Origin: Eledone cirrhosa
Lineage: Eukaryota
DNA length: 64,000 nt
Assembly (NCBI GenBank): GCA_964016885.1
Contig: OZ024751.1
Location: forward strand, 2,232,001-2,296,000
Direction: 5' to 3'
Numbering within the stretch: position 1 is the first letter of the stretch; each line of letters opens with the position of its first letter. The notes beneath the pieces were generated by a model, which was given only the letters and a program-made list of their open reading frames with translations, had not been told where the DNA came from and made no database searches. Position numbers and translations under genes: made by a program. Shown in pieces: positions 28,401 to 43,300 of the stretch.

Positions 28401-31400
28401 ATATTGAACTTTCTCTGTTGAACTGTCATGCTGAGCCTTCCTTGTTGAGCTGTCATGTTGAACCTTCTCTGTTGAACTGTCACGTTGAACTGTCATGTTG
28501 AACCTTCTCTGTTGATCTGTCAGATTGAACCTTCTCTGTTGAACTGTCAATTTGGACTTTCTTTGTTGAACTGTCATATTGAACCTTCTCTGTATAACTG
28601 TCATATTGAACCTTCTCTGTTTAAATGTCATATTGAACCTTCCCTGTTGAACTGTCATGTTGGACCTTCCCTGTTTAACTGTCATATTGAACCTTCCCTG
28701 TTTAACTGTCATATTGAACCTTCCCTGTTGAACAGTCATGCTGAACCTTCTCTGTTGAACTGTCATATTGAACTTTCTCTGTTGAACTGTCATGCTGAAC
28801 CTTCCCTGTTGAACTGTCATGCTGAACCTTCCTTGTTGAGCCGTCATGTTGAACCTTCTCTGTTGAACTGTCATGTTGAACTGTCATATTGAACCTTATC
28901 TGTTGAACTGTCATGTTGGACCTTCTCTGTTGAACTGTCATATTGAACCTTCTCTGTAGAACTGTCACAGTGAACCTTCTCTGTTTAACTGTCATATTGA
29001 CCTTTCTCTGTTGAACTGTCATGCTGAACCTTCCCTGTTGAACTGGCATGTTGAACTTTCTCTGTTGAACTGTCATACTGAAGCTTCTCTGTTGAACTGT
29101 CATATTGAACCATCCATGTTGAACTGTCATGTTGGACCTTCCCTGTTGAACTGTCATATTGAACTTTCTCTGTTGAACTGTCATGCTGAACCTTCCCTGT
29201 TTAACTGTAATGCTGAACCTTCTCTGTTGAACTGTCATATTGAACTTTCTCCGTTGAACTGTCATGCTGAACCTTCCCTGTTTAACTGTAATGCTGAACC
29301 TTCTCTGTTGAACTGTCATATTGAACTTTCTCTGTTGAAATGTCATGCTGAACCTTCCCAGTTGAACTGTCATGCTTAACCTTCCCTGTTTAACTGTCAT
29401 ATTGAACTTTCCCTGTTGAACGGTCATGCTAAACATTCCCTGCTGAACAGTCATATTGAACCTTCTCTGTTGAACTGTCATGCTGAACCTTCCCTGTTGA
29501 ACTGTCATATTGAACCTTCTCTGTTGAACTGTCATGTTGGACCTTCTCTGTTTAACTGTTATATTGAACCTTCTCTGTTTAACTGTCATATTGAACCTTC
29601 TCTGTTGAACTGTCATGCTGAACCTTCTCTGTTGAACTGTTATGCTGAACCTTCACTCTTTAACTGTCATATTGAACTTTCTCTGTTGAACTGTCATGTT
29701 GGACCTTCTCTGTTGATCTGTCATATTGAACCTTCTCTGTTGAACTGTCATGTTGAACCTTCTCTGTTGAACTGTCATATTGAGCCTTCTCTGTTGAACT
29801 GTCATATTGAACTTTCTCTGTTGAAATGTCATGCTGAACCTTCCCAGTTGAACTGTCATATTGAACTTTCTCTGTTGAACTGTCATGTTGGACCTTCTCT
29901 GTTTAACTGTCATATTGAAACTTCTCTGTTTAACTGTCATATTGAAGTTTCTCTGTTGAACTGTCATGCTGAACCTTCCCTGTTGAACTGTCATGCTGAA
30001 CCATCCTTGTTGAGCCGTCATGTTGGACCTTCTCTGTTGAACTGTCATGTTGGACCTTCTCTGTTGAACTGTCATATTGAACCTTCTCTGTAGAACTGTC
30101 ACATTGAACCTTCTCTTTTTAACTGTCATATTGAACTTTCTCTGTTGAACTGTCATGCTGAACCTTCCCTGTTGAACTGTCATGTTGAACTTTCTCTGTT
30201 GAACTGTCATACTGAAGCTTCTCTGTTGAACTGTCATATTGAACCTTCCATGTTGAACTGTCATGTTGGACCTTCCCTGTTTAACTGTCATATTGAACCT
30301 TCCCTGTTGAACTGTCATATTGAACTTTCTCTGTTGAACTGTCATGCTGAACCTTCCCTGTTTAACTGTAATGCTGAACCTTCTCTGTTAAACTGTCATA
30401 TTGAACTTTCTCCGTTGAACTGTCATGCTGAACCTTCCCTGTTAAACTGTAATGCTGAACCTTCTCTGTTGAACTGTCATATTGAACTTTCTCTGTTGAA
30501 ATGTGATGCTGAACCTTCCCAGTTGAACTCTCATGCTTAACCTTCCCTGTTTAACTGTCATATTGAACTTTCTCTGTTGAACTGTCATGCTGAACCTTCC
30601 CTGTTTAACTGTAATGCTGAACCTTCTCTGTTGAACTGTCATATTGAACTTTCTCCGTTGAACTGTCATGCTGAACCTTCCCTGTTTAACTGTAATGCTG
30701 AACCTTCTCTGTTGAACTGTCATATTGAACTTTCTCTGTTGAAATGTCATGCTGAACCTTCCCAGTTGAACTGTCATGCTTAACCTTCCCTGTTTAACTG
30801 TCATATTGAACTTTCCCTGTTGAACGGTCATGCTAAACATTCCCTGCTGAACAGTCATATTGAACCTTCTCTGTTGAACTGTCATGCTGAACCTTCCCTG
30901 TTGAACTGTCATATTGAACCTTCTCTGTTGAACTGTCATGTTGGACCTTCTCTGTTTAACTGTTATATTGAACCTTCTCTGTTTAACTGTCATGCTGAAC
31001 CTTCTCTGTTGAACTGTTATGCTGAACCTTCACTCTTTAACTGTCATATTGAACTTTCTCTGTTGAACTGTCATGTTGGACCTTCTCTGTTGAACTGTCA
31101 TATTGAACCTTCTCTGTTGAACTGTCATGTTGAACCTTCTCTGTTGAACTGTTATGCTGAACCTTCACTCTTTAACTGTCATATTGAACTTTCTCTGTTG
31201 AACTGTCATGTTGGACCTTCTCTGTTGAACTGTCATATTGAACCTTCTCTGTTGAACTGTCATGTTGAACCTTCTCTGTTGAACTGTCATATTGAGCCTT
31301 CTCTGTTGAACTGTCATATTGAACTTTCTCTGTTGAAATGTCATGCTGAACCTTCCCAGTTGAACTGTCATATTGAACTTTCTCTGTTGAACTGTCATGT

Positions 31401-34383
31401 TGGACCTTCTCTGTTTAACTGTCATATTGAAACTTCTCTGTTTAACTGTCATATTGAAGTTTCTCTGTTGAACTGTCATGCTGAACCTTCCCTGTTGAAC
31501 TGTCATGCTGAACCATCCTTGTTGAGCCGTCATGTTGGACCTTCTCTGTTGAACTGTCATGTTGGACCTTCTCTGTTGAACTGTCATATTGAACCTTCTC
31601 TGTAGAACTGTCACATTGAACCTTCTCTTTTTAACTGTCATATTGAACTTTCTCTGTTGAACTGTCATGCTGAACCTTCCCTGTTGAACTGTCATGTTGA
31701 ACTTTCTCTGTTGAACTGTCATACTGAAGCTTCTCTGTTGAACTGTCATATTGAACCTTCCATGTTGAACTGTCATGTTGGACCTTCCCTGTTTAACTGT
31801 CATATTGAACCTTCACTGTTGAACTGTCATATTGAACTTTCTCTGTTGAACTGTCATGCTGAACCTTCCCTGTTTAACTGTAATGCTGAACCTTCTCTGT
31901 TAAACTGTCATATTGAACTTTCTCCGTTGAACTGTCATGCTGAACCTTCCCTGTTAAACTGTAATGCTGAACCTTCTCTGTTGAACTGTCATATTGAACT
32001 TTCTCTGTTGAAATGTGATGCTGAACCTTCCCAGTTGAACTCTCATGCTTAACCTTCCCTGTTTAACTGTCATATTGAACTTTCTCTGTTGAACTGTCAT
32101 GCTGAACATTCCCTGCTGAACTGTCATATTGAACCTTCTGTGTTGAACTGTCATGCTGAACCTTCCCTGTTGAACTGTCATGCTGAACCTTCACTCTTTA
32201 ACTGTCATATTGAACTTTCTCTGTTGAACTGTCATTCTGAATCTTCCCTGTTTAACTGTCATTTTGGACCTTCTCTGTTGAACTGTCATAATGAACCTTC
32301 TCTGTTGAACTGTCATGTTGAACCTTCTCTGTTGAACTGTCATATTGAGCCTTCTCTGTTGAACTGTCATGCTGAACCTTCCCTGTTGAACTGTCATATT
32401 GAACCTTCTCTGTTGAACTGTCATGTTGGACCTTCTCTGTTTAACTGTCATATTGAACCTTCTCTGTTTAACTGTCATATTGAACCTTCTGTGTTGAACT
32501 GTCATGCTGAACCTTCCCTGTTGAACTGTCATGCTGAACCTTCACTCTTTAACTGTCATATTGAACTTTCTCTGTTGAACTGTCATTCTGAATCTTCCCT
32601 GTTTAACTGTCATGTTGGACCTTCTCTGTTTAACTGTCATATTGAATTTTCTCTGTTGAACTGTCATGCTGAACCTTCCTTGTTGAACTCTCTTGTTGAA
32701 CCTTCTCTGTTGAACTGTCATATTGAACTTTCTCTGTTGAACTGTCATGTTGGACCTTCTCTGTTTAACTGTCATATTGAAACTTCTCTGTTTAACTGTC
32801 ATATTGAACTTTATCTGTTGAACTGTCATGCTGAACCTTCTCTGTTGAACTGTCATGTTGAACCTTCTCTGTTGAAATGTCATGTTGAACCTTCTCTGTT
32901 GAACTGTCATGTTGAACCTTCTCTGTTGAACTGTCATATTGAACCTTCTCTGTAGAACTGTCATATTGAACCTTCTCTGTTTAACTGTCATATTGAACTT
33001 TCTCTGTTGAACTGTCATGCTGAACCTTCCCTGTTGAACTGTCATGTTGAACCTTCTCTGTTGATCTGTCAGATTGAATCTTCTGTGTTGAACTGTCAAG
33101 TTGGACTTTCTCTGTTGAACTGTCATATTGAACCTTCTCTGTAGAACTGTCATATAGACCCTTCTCTGTTTAAATGTCATATTGAACCTGCCCTGATGAA
33201 CTGTCCTGTTGGACCTTCCCTGTTTAACTGTCATATTGAACCTTCCCTGTTTAACTGTCATATTGAACATTCCCTGTTGAACTGTCATGCTGAACCTTCT
33301 CTGTTGAACTGTCATATTGAACTTTCTCTGTTGAACTGTCATGCTGAACCTTCCCTGTTGAACTGTCATGCTGAACCTTCCTTGTTGAGCCGTCATGTTG
33401 AACCTTCTCTGTTGAACTGTCATGTTGAACTGTCATGTTGAACTGTCATATTGAACCTTATCTGTTGAACTGTCATGGTGGACCTTCTCTGTTGAACTGT
33501 CATATTGAACCTTCTCTGTAGAACTGTCACAGTGAACCTTCTCTGTTTAACTGTCATATTGAACTTTCTCTGTTGAACTCTCATGCTGAACTTTCTCTGC
33601 TGAATTGTGATGCTGAACCTTCACTGTTGAACTGTCATGTTGAACGTTCCCTGTTGAACTGTCATGTTGAACCTTCTCTGTTTAACTGTCATATTGAACT
33701 TTCTCTGTTGAACTGTCATGCTGAACCTTCCTTGTTGAACTGTCATGTTGAACCTTCTGTGTTGAACTGTCATATTGAACCTTCTCTGTTTAACTGTCGT
33801 ATTGAACCTTCCCTGTTGAACTGTCATATTGAACTTTCTCTGTTGAACTGTCATGCTGAACCTTCCCTGGTGAACTGTCATGCTGAACCTGCCCTGTTAA
33901 ACTGTCATGTTGAACCCTCTCTGTTAAACTGTCATATTTAACCTTCTCTGTTGAACTGTCATGTTGAACCTTCTCTGTTTAACCATCATATTGAACTTTC
34001 TCTGTTGAACTGTCATGCTGAACCTTCCTTGTTGAACTGTCATGTTGAACCTTCTCTGTTGAACTGTCATGTTGAACTGTCATGTTGAACTGTCATGTTG
34101 AACCTTCTCTGTTGAACTGTCATATTGAACCTTCTCTGTTGAACTGTCATGTTGGACATTCTCTGTTGAACTGTCATATTGAACCTTCTCTGTAGAACTG
34201 TCATATTGAACCTTCTCTGTTTAACTGTCATATTGAACTTTCTCTGTTGAACTGTCATGCTGAACCTTCCCTGTTGAACTGTAATGTTGAACTTTCTTTG
34301 TTGAACTGTCATACTGAACCTTCTCTGTTGAACTGTCATATTGAACCTTCCCTGTTGAACTGTCATGTTGAACCTTCTCTGTT
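12516..34383 (+). repeat. Near-identical tandem duplication of a 10,918-bp block (copy 1 ~12,516-23,465; copy 2 ~23,434-34,383)
   Basis: Constant offset of 10,918 for ORFs 12951/23869, 13329/24247, 15069/25987, 17567/28485, 19902/30820, 21171/32089 and 22655/33573. ORF 23329..24141 is a chimera spanning the junction. Only a handful of single-base differences were seen by eye. Confidence 0.95.
18250..21170 (+). repeat. Local ~1.4-1.5 kb higher-order duplication (recopied at ~29,170-32,090 inside the 10.9-kb duplication)
   Basis: ORFs 18498/19902 (offset 1,404 = 52x27), 18735/20247 and 19227/20739 (1,512 = 56x27). Shared rare marker GAACGGTCATGCTAAACATTC. Boundaries are approximate. Confidence 0.85.
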
Positions 34384-37300
34384 TAACTGTCATATTGAAC
34401 TTTCTCTGTTGAACTGTCATGCTGAGCCTTCCTTGTTGAGCTGTCATGTTGAACCTTCTCTGTTGATCTGTCAGATTGAACCTTCTCTGTTGAACTGTCA
34501 AGTTGGACTTTCTCTGTTGAACTGTCATATTGAACCTTTTCTGTAGAACTGTCATATTGAACCTTCTCTGTTTAACTGTCATATTGAACTTTCTCTGTTG
34601 AACTGTCATGCTGAACCTTCCCTGTTGAACTGTCATGTTGAACTTTCTTTGTTGAACTGTCATGCTGAACCTTCTCTGTTGAACTGTCATATTGAACTTT
34701 CTCTGTTGAACTGTCATGCTGAACCTTCCCTGTTGAACTGTCATGCTGAACCTTCCTTGTTGAGCCGTCATATTGAACCTTCTCTGTTGAACTGTCATGT
34801 TGAACTGTCATATTGAACCTTATCTGTTGAACTGTCATGTTGGACCTTCTCTGTTGAACTGTCATATTGAACCTTCTCTGTAGAACTGTCACAGTGAACC
34901 TTCTCTGTTTAACTGTCATATTGAACTTTCTCTGTTGAACTGTCATGCTGAACCTTCCCTGTTGAACTGTCATATTGAACTTTCTCTGTTGAACTCTCAT
35001 GCTGAACCTTCTCTGTTGAACTGTCATATTGAACCTTCCCTGTTCAACTGTCATGTTGAACCTTCTCTGTTTAACTGTCATATTGAACTTTTTCTGTTGA
35101 ACTGTCATGTTGAACCTTCTCTGTTGAACTGTCATGTTGAACCTTCTCTGTTGAAATGTCATGTTGAACCTTCTCTGTTGAACTGTCATATTGAACCATC
35201 TCTGTTGAACTGTCATGTTGAACCTTCTCTGTTGAACTGTCATATTGAACCTTCCCTGTTGTATTGTCATGTTGAACCTTCTCTGTTGAACTGTCATATT
35301 GAACCTTCCATGTTCAACTGTCATATTGAACCATCTCTGTAAAACTGTCATATTGAACCTTCTCTGTATAACTGTCATATTGAACCTTCTCTGTTTAACT
35401 GTCATATTGAACTTTCTCTGTTGAACTGTCATGCTGAACCTTCCCTGTTGAACTGTCATGTTGGACCTTCTCTGTTGAACTGTCATATTGAACTTTCTCT
35501 GTTGAACTGTCATGCTGAACCTTCCTTGTTGAACTGTCATGTTGAACCTTCTCTGTTGAACTGTCATGTTGAACTGTCATGTTGAACCTTCTCTGTTGAA
35601 CTGTCATATTGAACCTTCTCTGTTGAACTGTCATGTTGGACATTCTCTGTTGAACTGTCATATTGAACCTTCTCTGTAGAACTGTTATATTGAACCTTCT
35701 CTGTTTAACTGTCATATTGAACTTTCTCTGTTGAACTGTCATGCTGAACCTTCCCTGTTGAACTGTCATGTTGAACTTTCTTTGTTGAACTGTCATACTG
35801 AACCTTCTCTGTTGAACTGTCATATTGAACCTTCCCTGTTGAACTGCCATGTTGAAACTTCTCTGTTTAACTGTCATATTGAACTTTCTCTGTTGAACTG
35901 TCATGCTGAGCCTTCCTTGTTGAGCTGTCATGTTGAACCTTCTCTGTTGATCTGTCAGATTGAACCTTCTCTGTTGAACTGTCAAGTTGGACTTTCTCTG
36001 TTGAACTGTCATATTGAACCTTCTCTGTAGAACTGTCATATTGAACCTTCTCTGTTTAACTGTCATATTGAACTTTCTCTGTTGAACTGTCATGCTGAAC
36101 CTTCCCTGTTGAACTGTCATGTTGAACTTTCTTTGTTGAACTGTCATGCTGAACCTTCTCTGTTGAACTGTCATATTGAACATTCTCTGTTGAACTGTCA
36201 TGCTGAACCTTCCCTGTTGAACTGTCATGCCGAACCTTCCTTGTTGAGCCGTCATATTGAACCTTCTCTGTTGAACTGTCATGTTGAACTGTCATATTGA
36301 ACCTTATCTGTTGAACTGTCATGTTGGACCTTCTCTGTTGAACTGTCATATTGAACCTTCTCTGTAGAACTGTCACAGTGAACCTTCTCTGTTTAACTGT
36401 CATATTGAACTTTATCTGTTGAACTGTCATGCTGAACCTTCTCTGTTGAACTGTCATGTTGAACCTTTGTTGAAATGTCATGTTGAACCTTCTCTGTTGA
36501 ACTGTCATGTTGAACCTTCTCTGTTGAACTGTCATATTGAACCTTCTCTGTAGAACTGTCATATTGAACCTTCTCTGTTTAACTGTCATATTGAAATTTC
36601 TCTGTTGAACTGTCATGCTGAACCTTCCCTGTTGAACTGTCATGTTGAACTTTCTTTGTTGAACTGTCATACTGAACCTTCTCTGTTGAACTGTCATATT
36701 GAACCTTCCCTGTTGAACTGTCATTATGAACCTTCTCTGTTTAACTGTCATATTGAACTTTCTCTGCTGAACTGTCATGCTGAGCCTTCCTTGTTGAGCT
36801 GTCATGTTGAACCTTCTCTGTTGATCTGTCAGATTGAATCTTCTCTGTTGAACTGTCAAGTTGGACTTTCTCTGTTGAACTGTCATATTGAACCTTCTCT
36901 GTAGAACTGTCATATAGACCCTTCTCTGTTTAAATGTCATATTGAACCTGCCCTGATGAACTGTCCTGTTGGACCTTCCCTGTTTAACTGTCTTATTGAA
37001 CCTTCCCTGTTTAACTGTCATATTGAACATTCCCTGTTGAACTGTCATGCTGAACCTTCTCTGTTGAACTGTCATATTGAACTTTCTCTGTTGAACTGTC
37101 ATGCTGAACCTTCCCTGTTGAACTGTCATGCTGAACCTTCCTTGTTGAGCCGTCATGTTGAACTGTCATATTGAACCTTATCTGTTGAACTGTCATGGTG
37201 GACCTTCTCTGTTGAACTGTCATATTGAACCTTCTCTGTAGAACTGTCACAGTGAACCTTCTCTGTTTAACTGTCATATTGAACTTTCTCTGTTGAACTC

Positions 37301-40300
37301 TCATGCTGAACTTTCTCTGCCGAATTGTCATGCTGAACCTTCACTGTTGAACTGTCATGTTGAACGTTCCCTGTTGAACTGTCATGTTGAACCTTCTCTG
37401 TTTAACTGTCATATTGAACTTTCTCTGTTGAACTGTCATGCTGAACCTTCCTTGTTGAACTGTCATGTTGAACCTTCTGTGTTGAACTGTCATATTGAAC
37501 CTTCTCTGTTTAACTGTCGTATTGAACCTTCCCTGTTGAACTGTCATATTGAACTTTCTCTGTTGAACTGTCATGCTGAACCTTCCCTGGTGAACTGTCA
37601 TGCTGAACCTGCCCTGTTAAACTGTCATGTTGAACCCTCTCTGTTAAACTGTCATATTTAACCTTCTCTGTTGAACTGTCATGTTGAACCTTCTCTGTTT
37701 AACCATCATATTGAACTTTCTCTGTTGAACTGTCATGCTGAACCTTCCTTGTTGAACTGTCATGTTGAACCTTCTCTGTTGAACTGTCATGTTGAACTGT
37801 CATGTTGAACCTTCTCTGTTGAACTGTCATATTGAACCTTCTCTGTTGAACTGTCATGTTGGACATTCTCTGTTGAACTGTCATATTGAACCTTCTCTGT
37901 AGAACTGTCATATTGAACCTTCTCTGTTTAACTGTCATATTGAACTTTCTCTGTCGAACTGTCATGCTGAACCTTCCCTGTTGAACTGTCATGTTGAACT
38001 TTCTTTGTTGAACTGTCATACTGAACCTTCTCTGTTGAACTGTCATATTGAACCTTCCCTGTTGAACTGTCATGTTGAACCTTCTCTGTTTAACTGTCAT
38101 ATTGAACTTTCTCTGTTGAACTGTCATGCTGAGCCTTCCTTGTTGAGCTGTCATGTTGAACCTTCTCTGTTGATCTGTCAGATTGAACCTTCTCTGTTGA
38201 ACTGTCAAGTTGGACTTTCTCTGTTGAACTGTCATATTGAACCTTCTCTGTAGAACTGTCATATTGAACCTTCTCTGTTTAACTGTCATATTGAACTTTC
38301 TCTGTTGAACTGTCATGCTGAACCTTCCCTGTTGAACTGTCATGTTGAACTTTCTTTGTTGAACTGTCATGCTGAACCTTCTCTGTTGAACTGTCATATT
38401 GAACTTTCTCTGTTGAACTGTCATGCTGAACCTTCCCTGTTGAACTGTCATGCTGAACCTTCCTTGTTGAGCCGTCATGTTGAGCCTTCTCTGTTGAACT
38501 GTCATGTTGAACTGTCATATTGAACCTTATCTGTTGAACTGTCATGTTGGACCTTCTCTGTTGAACTGTCATATTGAACCTTCTCTGTAGAACTGTCACA
38601 GTGAACCTTCTCTGTTTAACTGTCATATTGAACTTTCTCTGTTGAACTGTCATGCTGAACCTTCCCTGTTGAACTGTCATATTGAACTTTCTCTGTTGAA
38701 CTGTCATGCTGAACCTTCTCTGTTGAACTGTCATATTGAACCTTCCCTGTTCAACTGTCATGTTGAACCTTCTCTGTTTAACTGTCATATTGAACTTTTT
38801 CTGTTGAACTGTCATGTTGAACCTTCTCTGTTGAACTGTCATGTTGAACCTTCTCTGTTGAAATGTCATGTTGAACCTTCTCTGTTGAACTGTCATATTG
38901 AACCATCTCTGTTGAACTGTCATGTTGAACCTTCTCTGTTGAACTGTCATATTGAACCTTCCCTGTTGTATTGTCATGTTGAACCTTCTCTGTTGAACTG
39001 TCATATTGAACCTTCCATGTTCAACTGTCATATTGAACCATCTCTGTAAAACTGTCATATTGAACCTTCTCTGTATAACTGTCATATTGAACCTTCTCTG
39101 TTTAACTGTCATATTGAACTTTCTCTGTTGAACTGTCATGCTGAACCTTCCCTGTTGAACTGTCATGTTGGACCTTCTCTGTTGAACTGTCATATTGAAC
39201 TTTCTCTGTTGAACTGTCATGCTGAACCTTCCTTGTTGAACTGTCATGTTGAACCTTCTCTGTTGAACTGTCATGTTGAACTGTCATGTTGAACCTTCTC
39301 TGTTGAACTGTCATATTGAACCTTCTCTGTTGAACTGTCATGTTGGACATTCTCTGTTGAACTGTCATATTGAACCTTCTCTGTAGAACTGTTATATTGA
39401 ACCTTCTCTGTTTAACTGTCATATTGAACTTTCTCTGTTGAACTGTCATGCTGAACCTTCCCTGTTGAACTGTCATGTTGAACTTTCTTTGTTGAACTGT
39501 CATACTGAACCTTCTCTGTTGAACTGTCATATTGAACCTTCCCTGTTGAACTGCCATGTTGAAACTTCTCTGTTTAACTGTCATATTGAACTTTCTCTGT
39601 TGAACTGTCATGCTGAGCCTTCCTTGTTGAGCTGTCATGTTGAACCTTCTCTGTTGATCTGTCAGATTGAACCTTCTCTGTTGAACTGTCAAGTTGGACT
39701 TTCTCTGTTGAACTGTCATATTGAACCTTCTCTGTAGAACTGTCATATTGAACCTTCTCTGTTTAACTGTCATATTGAACTTTCTCTGTTGAACTGTCAT
39801 GCTCAACCTTCCCTGTTGAACTGTCATGTTGAACTTTCTTTGTTGAACTGTCATGCTGAACCTTCTCTGTTGAACTGTCATATTGAACTTTCTCTGTTGA
39901 ACTGTCATGCTGAACCTTCCCTGTTGAACTGTCATGCCGAACCTTCCTTGTTGAGCCGTCATATTGAACCTTCTCTGTTGAACTGTCATGTTGAACTGTC
40001 ATATTGAACCTTATCTGTTGAACTGTCATGTTGGACCTTCTCTGTTGAACTGTCATATTGAACCTTCTCTGTAGAACTGTCACAGTGAACCTTCTCTGTT
40101 TAACTGTCATATTGAACTTTATCTGTTGAACTGTCATGCTGAACCTTCTCTGTTGAACTGTCATGTTGAACCTTCTCTGTTGAAATGTCATGTTGAACCT
40201 TCTCTGTTGAACTGTCATGTTGAACCTTCTCTGTTGAACTGTCATATTGAACCTTCTCTGTAGAACTGTCATATTGAACCTTCTCTGTTTAACTGTCATA

Positions 40301-43300
40301 TTGAAATTTCTCTGTTGAACTGTCATGCTGAACCTTCCCTGTTGAACTGTCATGTTGAACTTTCTTTGTTGAACTGTCATACTGAACCTTCTCTGTTGAA
40401 CTGTCATATTGAACCTTCCCTGTTGAACTGTCATTATGAACCTTCTCTGTTTAACTGTCATATTGAACTTTCTCTGCTGAACTGTCATGCTGAGCCTTCC
40501 TTGTTGAGCTGTCATGTTGAACCTTCTCTGTTGATCTGTCAGATTGAATCTTCTCTGTTGAACTGTCAAGTTGGACTTTCTCTGTTGAACTGTCATATTG
40601 AACCTTCTCTGTAGAACTGTCATATAGACCCTTCTCTGTTTAAATGTCATATTGAACCTGCCCTGATGAACTGTCCTGTTGGACCTTCCCTGTTTAACTG
40701 TCTTATTGAACCTTCCCTGTTTAACTGTCATATTGAACATTCCCTGTTGAACTGTCATGCTGAACCTTCTCTGTTGAACTGTCATATTGAACTTTCTCTG
40801 TTGAACTGTCATGCTGAACCTTCCCTGTTGAACTGTCATGCTGAACCTTCCTTGTTGAGCCGTCATGTTGAACTGTCATATTGAACCTTATCTGTTGAAC
40901 TGTCATGTTGGACATTCTCTGTTGAACTGTCATATTGAACCTTCTCTGTAGAACTGTCATATTGAACCTTCTCTGTTTAACTGTCATATTGAACTTTCTC
41001 TGTCGAACTGTCATGCTGAACCTTCCCTGTTGAACTGTCATGTTGAACTTTCTTTGTTGAACTGTCATACTGAACCTTCTCTGTTGAACTGTCATATTGA
41101 ACCTTCCCTGTTGAACTGTCATGTTGAACCTTCTCTGTTTAACTGTCATATTGAACTTTCTCTGTTGAACTGTCATGCTGAGCCTTCCTTGTTGAGCTGT
41201 CATGTTGAACCTTCTCTGTTGATCTGTCAGATTGAACCTTCTCTGTTGAACTGTCAAGTTGGACTTTCTCTGTTGAACTGTCATATTGAACCTTCTCTGT
41301 AGAACTGTCATATTGAACCTTCTCTGTTTAACTGTCATATTGAACTTTCTCTGTTGAACTGTCATGCTGAACCTTCCCTGTTGAACTGTCATGTTGAACT
41401 TTCTTTGTTGAACTGTCATGCTGAACCTTCTCTGTTGAACTGTCATATTGAACTTTCTCTGTTGAACTGTCATGCTGAACCTTCCCTGTTGAACTGTCAT
41501 GCTGAACCTTCCTTGTTGAGCCGTCATGTTGAGCCTTCTCTGTTGAACTGTCATGTTGAACTGTCATATTGAACCTTATCTGTTGAACTGTCATGTTGGA
41601 CCTTCTCTGTTGAACTGTCATATTGAACCTTCTCTGTAGAACTGTCACAGTGAACCTTCTCTGTTTAACTGTCATATTGAACTTTCTCTGTTGAACTGTC
41701 ATGCTGAACCTTCCCTGTTGAACTGTCATATTGAACTTTCTCTGTTGAACTGTCATGCTGAACCTTCTCTGTTGAACTGTCATATTGAACCTTCCCTGTT
41801 CAACTGTCATGTTGAACCTTCTCTGTTTAACTGTCATATTGAACTTTTTCTGTTGAACTGTCATGTTGAACCTTCTCTGTTGAACTGTCATGTTGAACCT
41901 TCTCTGTTGAAATGTCATGTTGAACCTTCTCTGTTGAACTGTCATATTGAACCATCTCTGTTGAACTGTCATGTTGAACCTTCTCTGTTGAACTGTCATA
42001 TTGAACCTTCCCTGTTGTATTGTCATGTTGAACCTTCTCTGTTGAACTGTCATATTGAACCTTCCATGTTCAACTGTCATATTGAACCATCTCTGTAAAA
42101 CTGTCATATTGAACCTTCTCTGTATAACTGTCATATTGAACCTTCTCTGTTTAACTGTCATATTGAACTTTCTCTGTTGAACTGTCATGCTGAACCTTCC
42201 CTGTTGAACTGTCATGTTGGACCTTCTCTGTTGAACTGTCATATTGAACTTTCTCTGTTGAACTGTCATGCTGAACCTTCCTTGTTGAACTGTCATGTTG
42301 AACCTTCTCTGTTGAACTGTCATGTTGAACTGTCATGTTGAACCTTCTCTGTTGAACTGTCATATTGAACCTTCTCTGTTGAACTGTCATGTTGGACATT
42401 CTCTGTTGAACTGTCATATTGAACCTTCTCTGTAGAACTGTTATATTGAACCTTCTCTGTTTAACTGTTATATTGAACTTTCTCTGTTGAACTGTCATGC
42501 TGAACCTTCCCTGTTGAACTGTCATGTTGAACTTTCTTTGTTGAACTGTCATACTGAACCTTCTCTGTTGAACTGTCATATTGAACCTTCCCTGTTGAAC
42601 TGCCATGTTGAAACTTCTCTGTTTAACTGTCATATTGAACTTTCTCTGTTGAACTGTCATGCTGAGCCTTCCTTGTTGAGCTGTCATGTTGAACCTTCTC
42701 TGTTGATCTGTCAGATTGAACCTTCTCTGTTGAACTGTCAAGTTGGACTTTCTCTGTTGAACTGTCATATTGAACCTTCTCTGTAGAACTGTCATATTGA
42801 ACCTTCTCTGTTTAACTGTCATATTGAACTTTCTCTGTTGAACTGTCATGCTCAACCTTCCCTGTTGAACTGTCATGTTGAACTTTCTTTGTTGAACTGT
42901 CATGCTGAACCTTCTCTGTTGAACTGTCATATTGAACTTTCTCTGTTGAACTGTCATGCTGAACCTTCCCTGTTGAACTGTCATGCCGAACCTTCCTTGT
43001 TGAGCCGTCCTATTGAACCTTCTCTGTTGAACTGTCATGTTGAACTGTCATATTGAACCTTATCTGTTGAACTGTCATGTTGGACCTTCTCTGTTGAACT
43101 GTCATATTGAACCTTCTCTGTAGAACTGTCACAGTGAACCTTCTCTGTTTAACTGTCATATTGAACTTTATCTGTTGAACTGTCATGCTGAACCTTCTCT
43201 GTTGAACTGTCATGTTGAACCTTCTCTGTTGAAATGTCATGTTGAACCTTCTCTGTTGAACTGTCATGTTGAACCTTCTCTGTTGAACTGTCATATTGAA

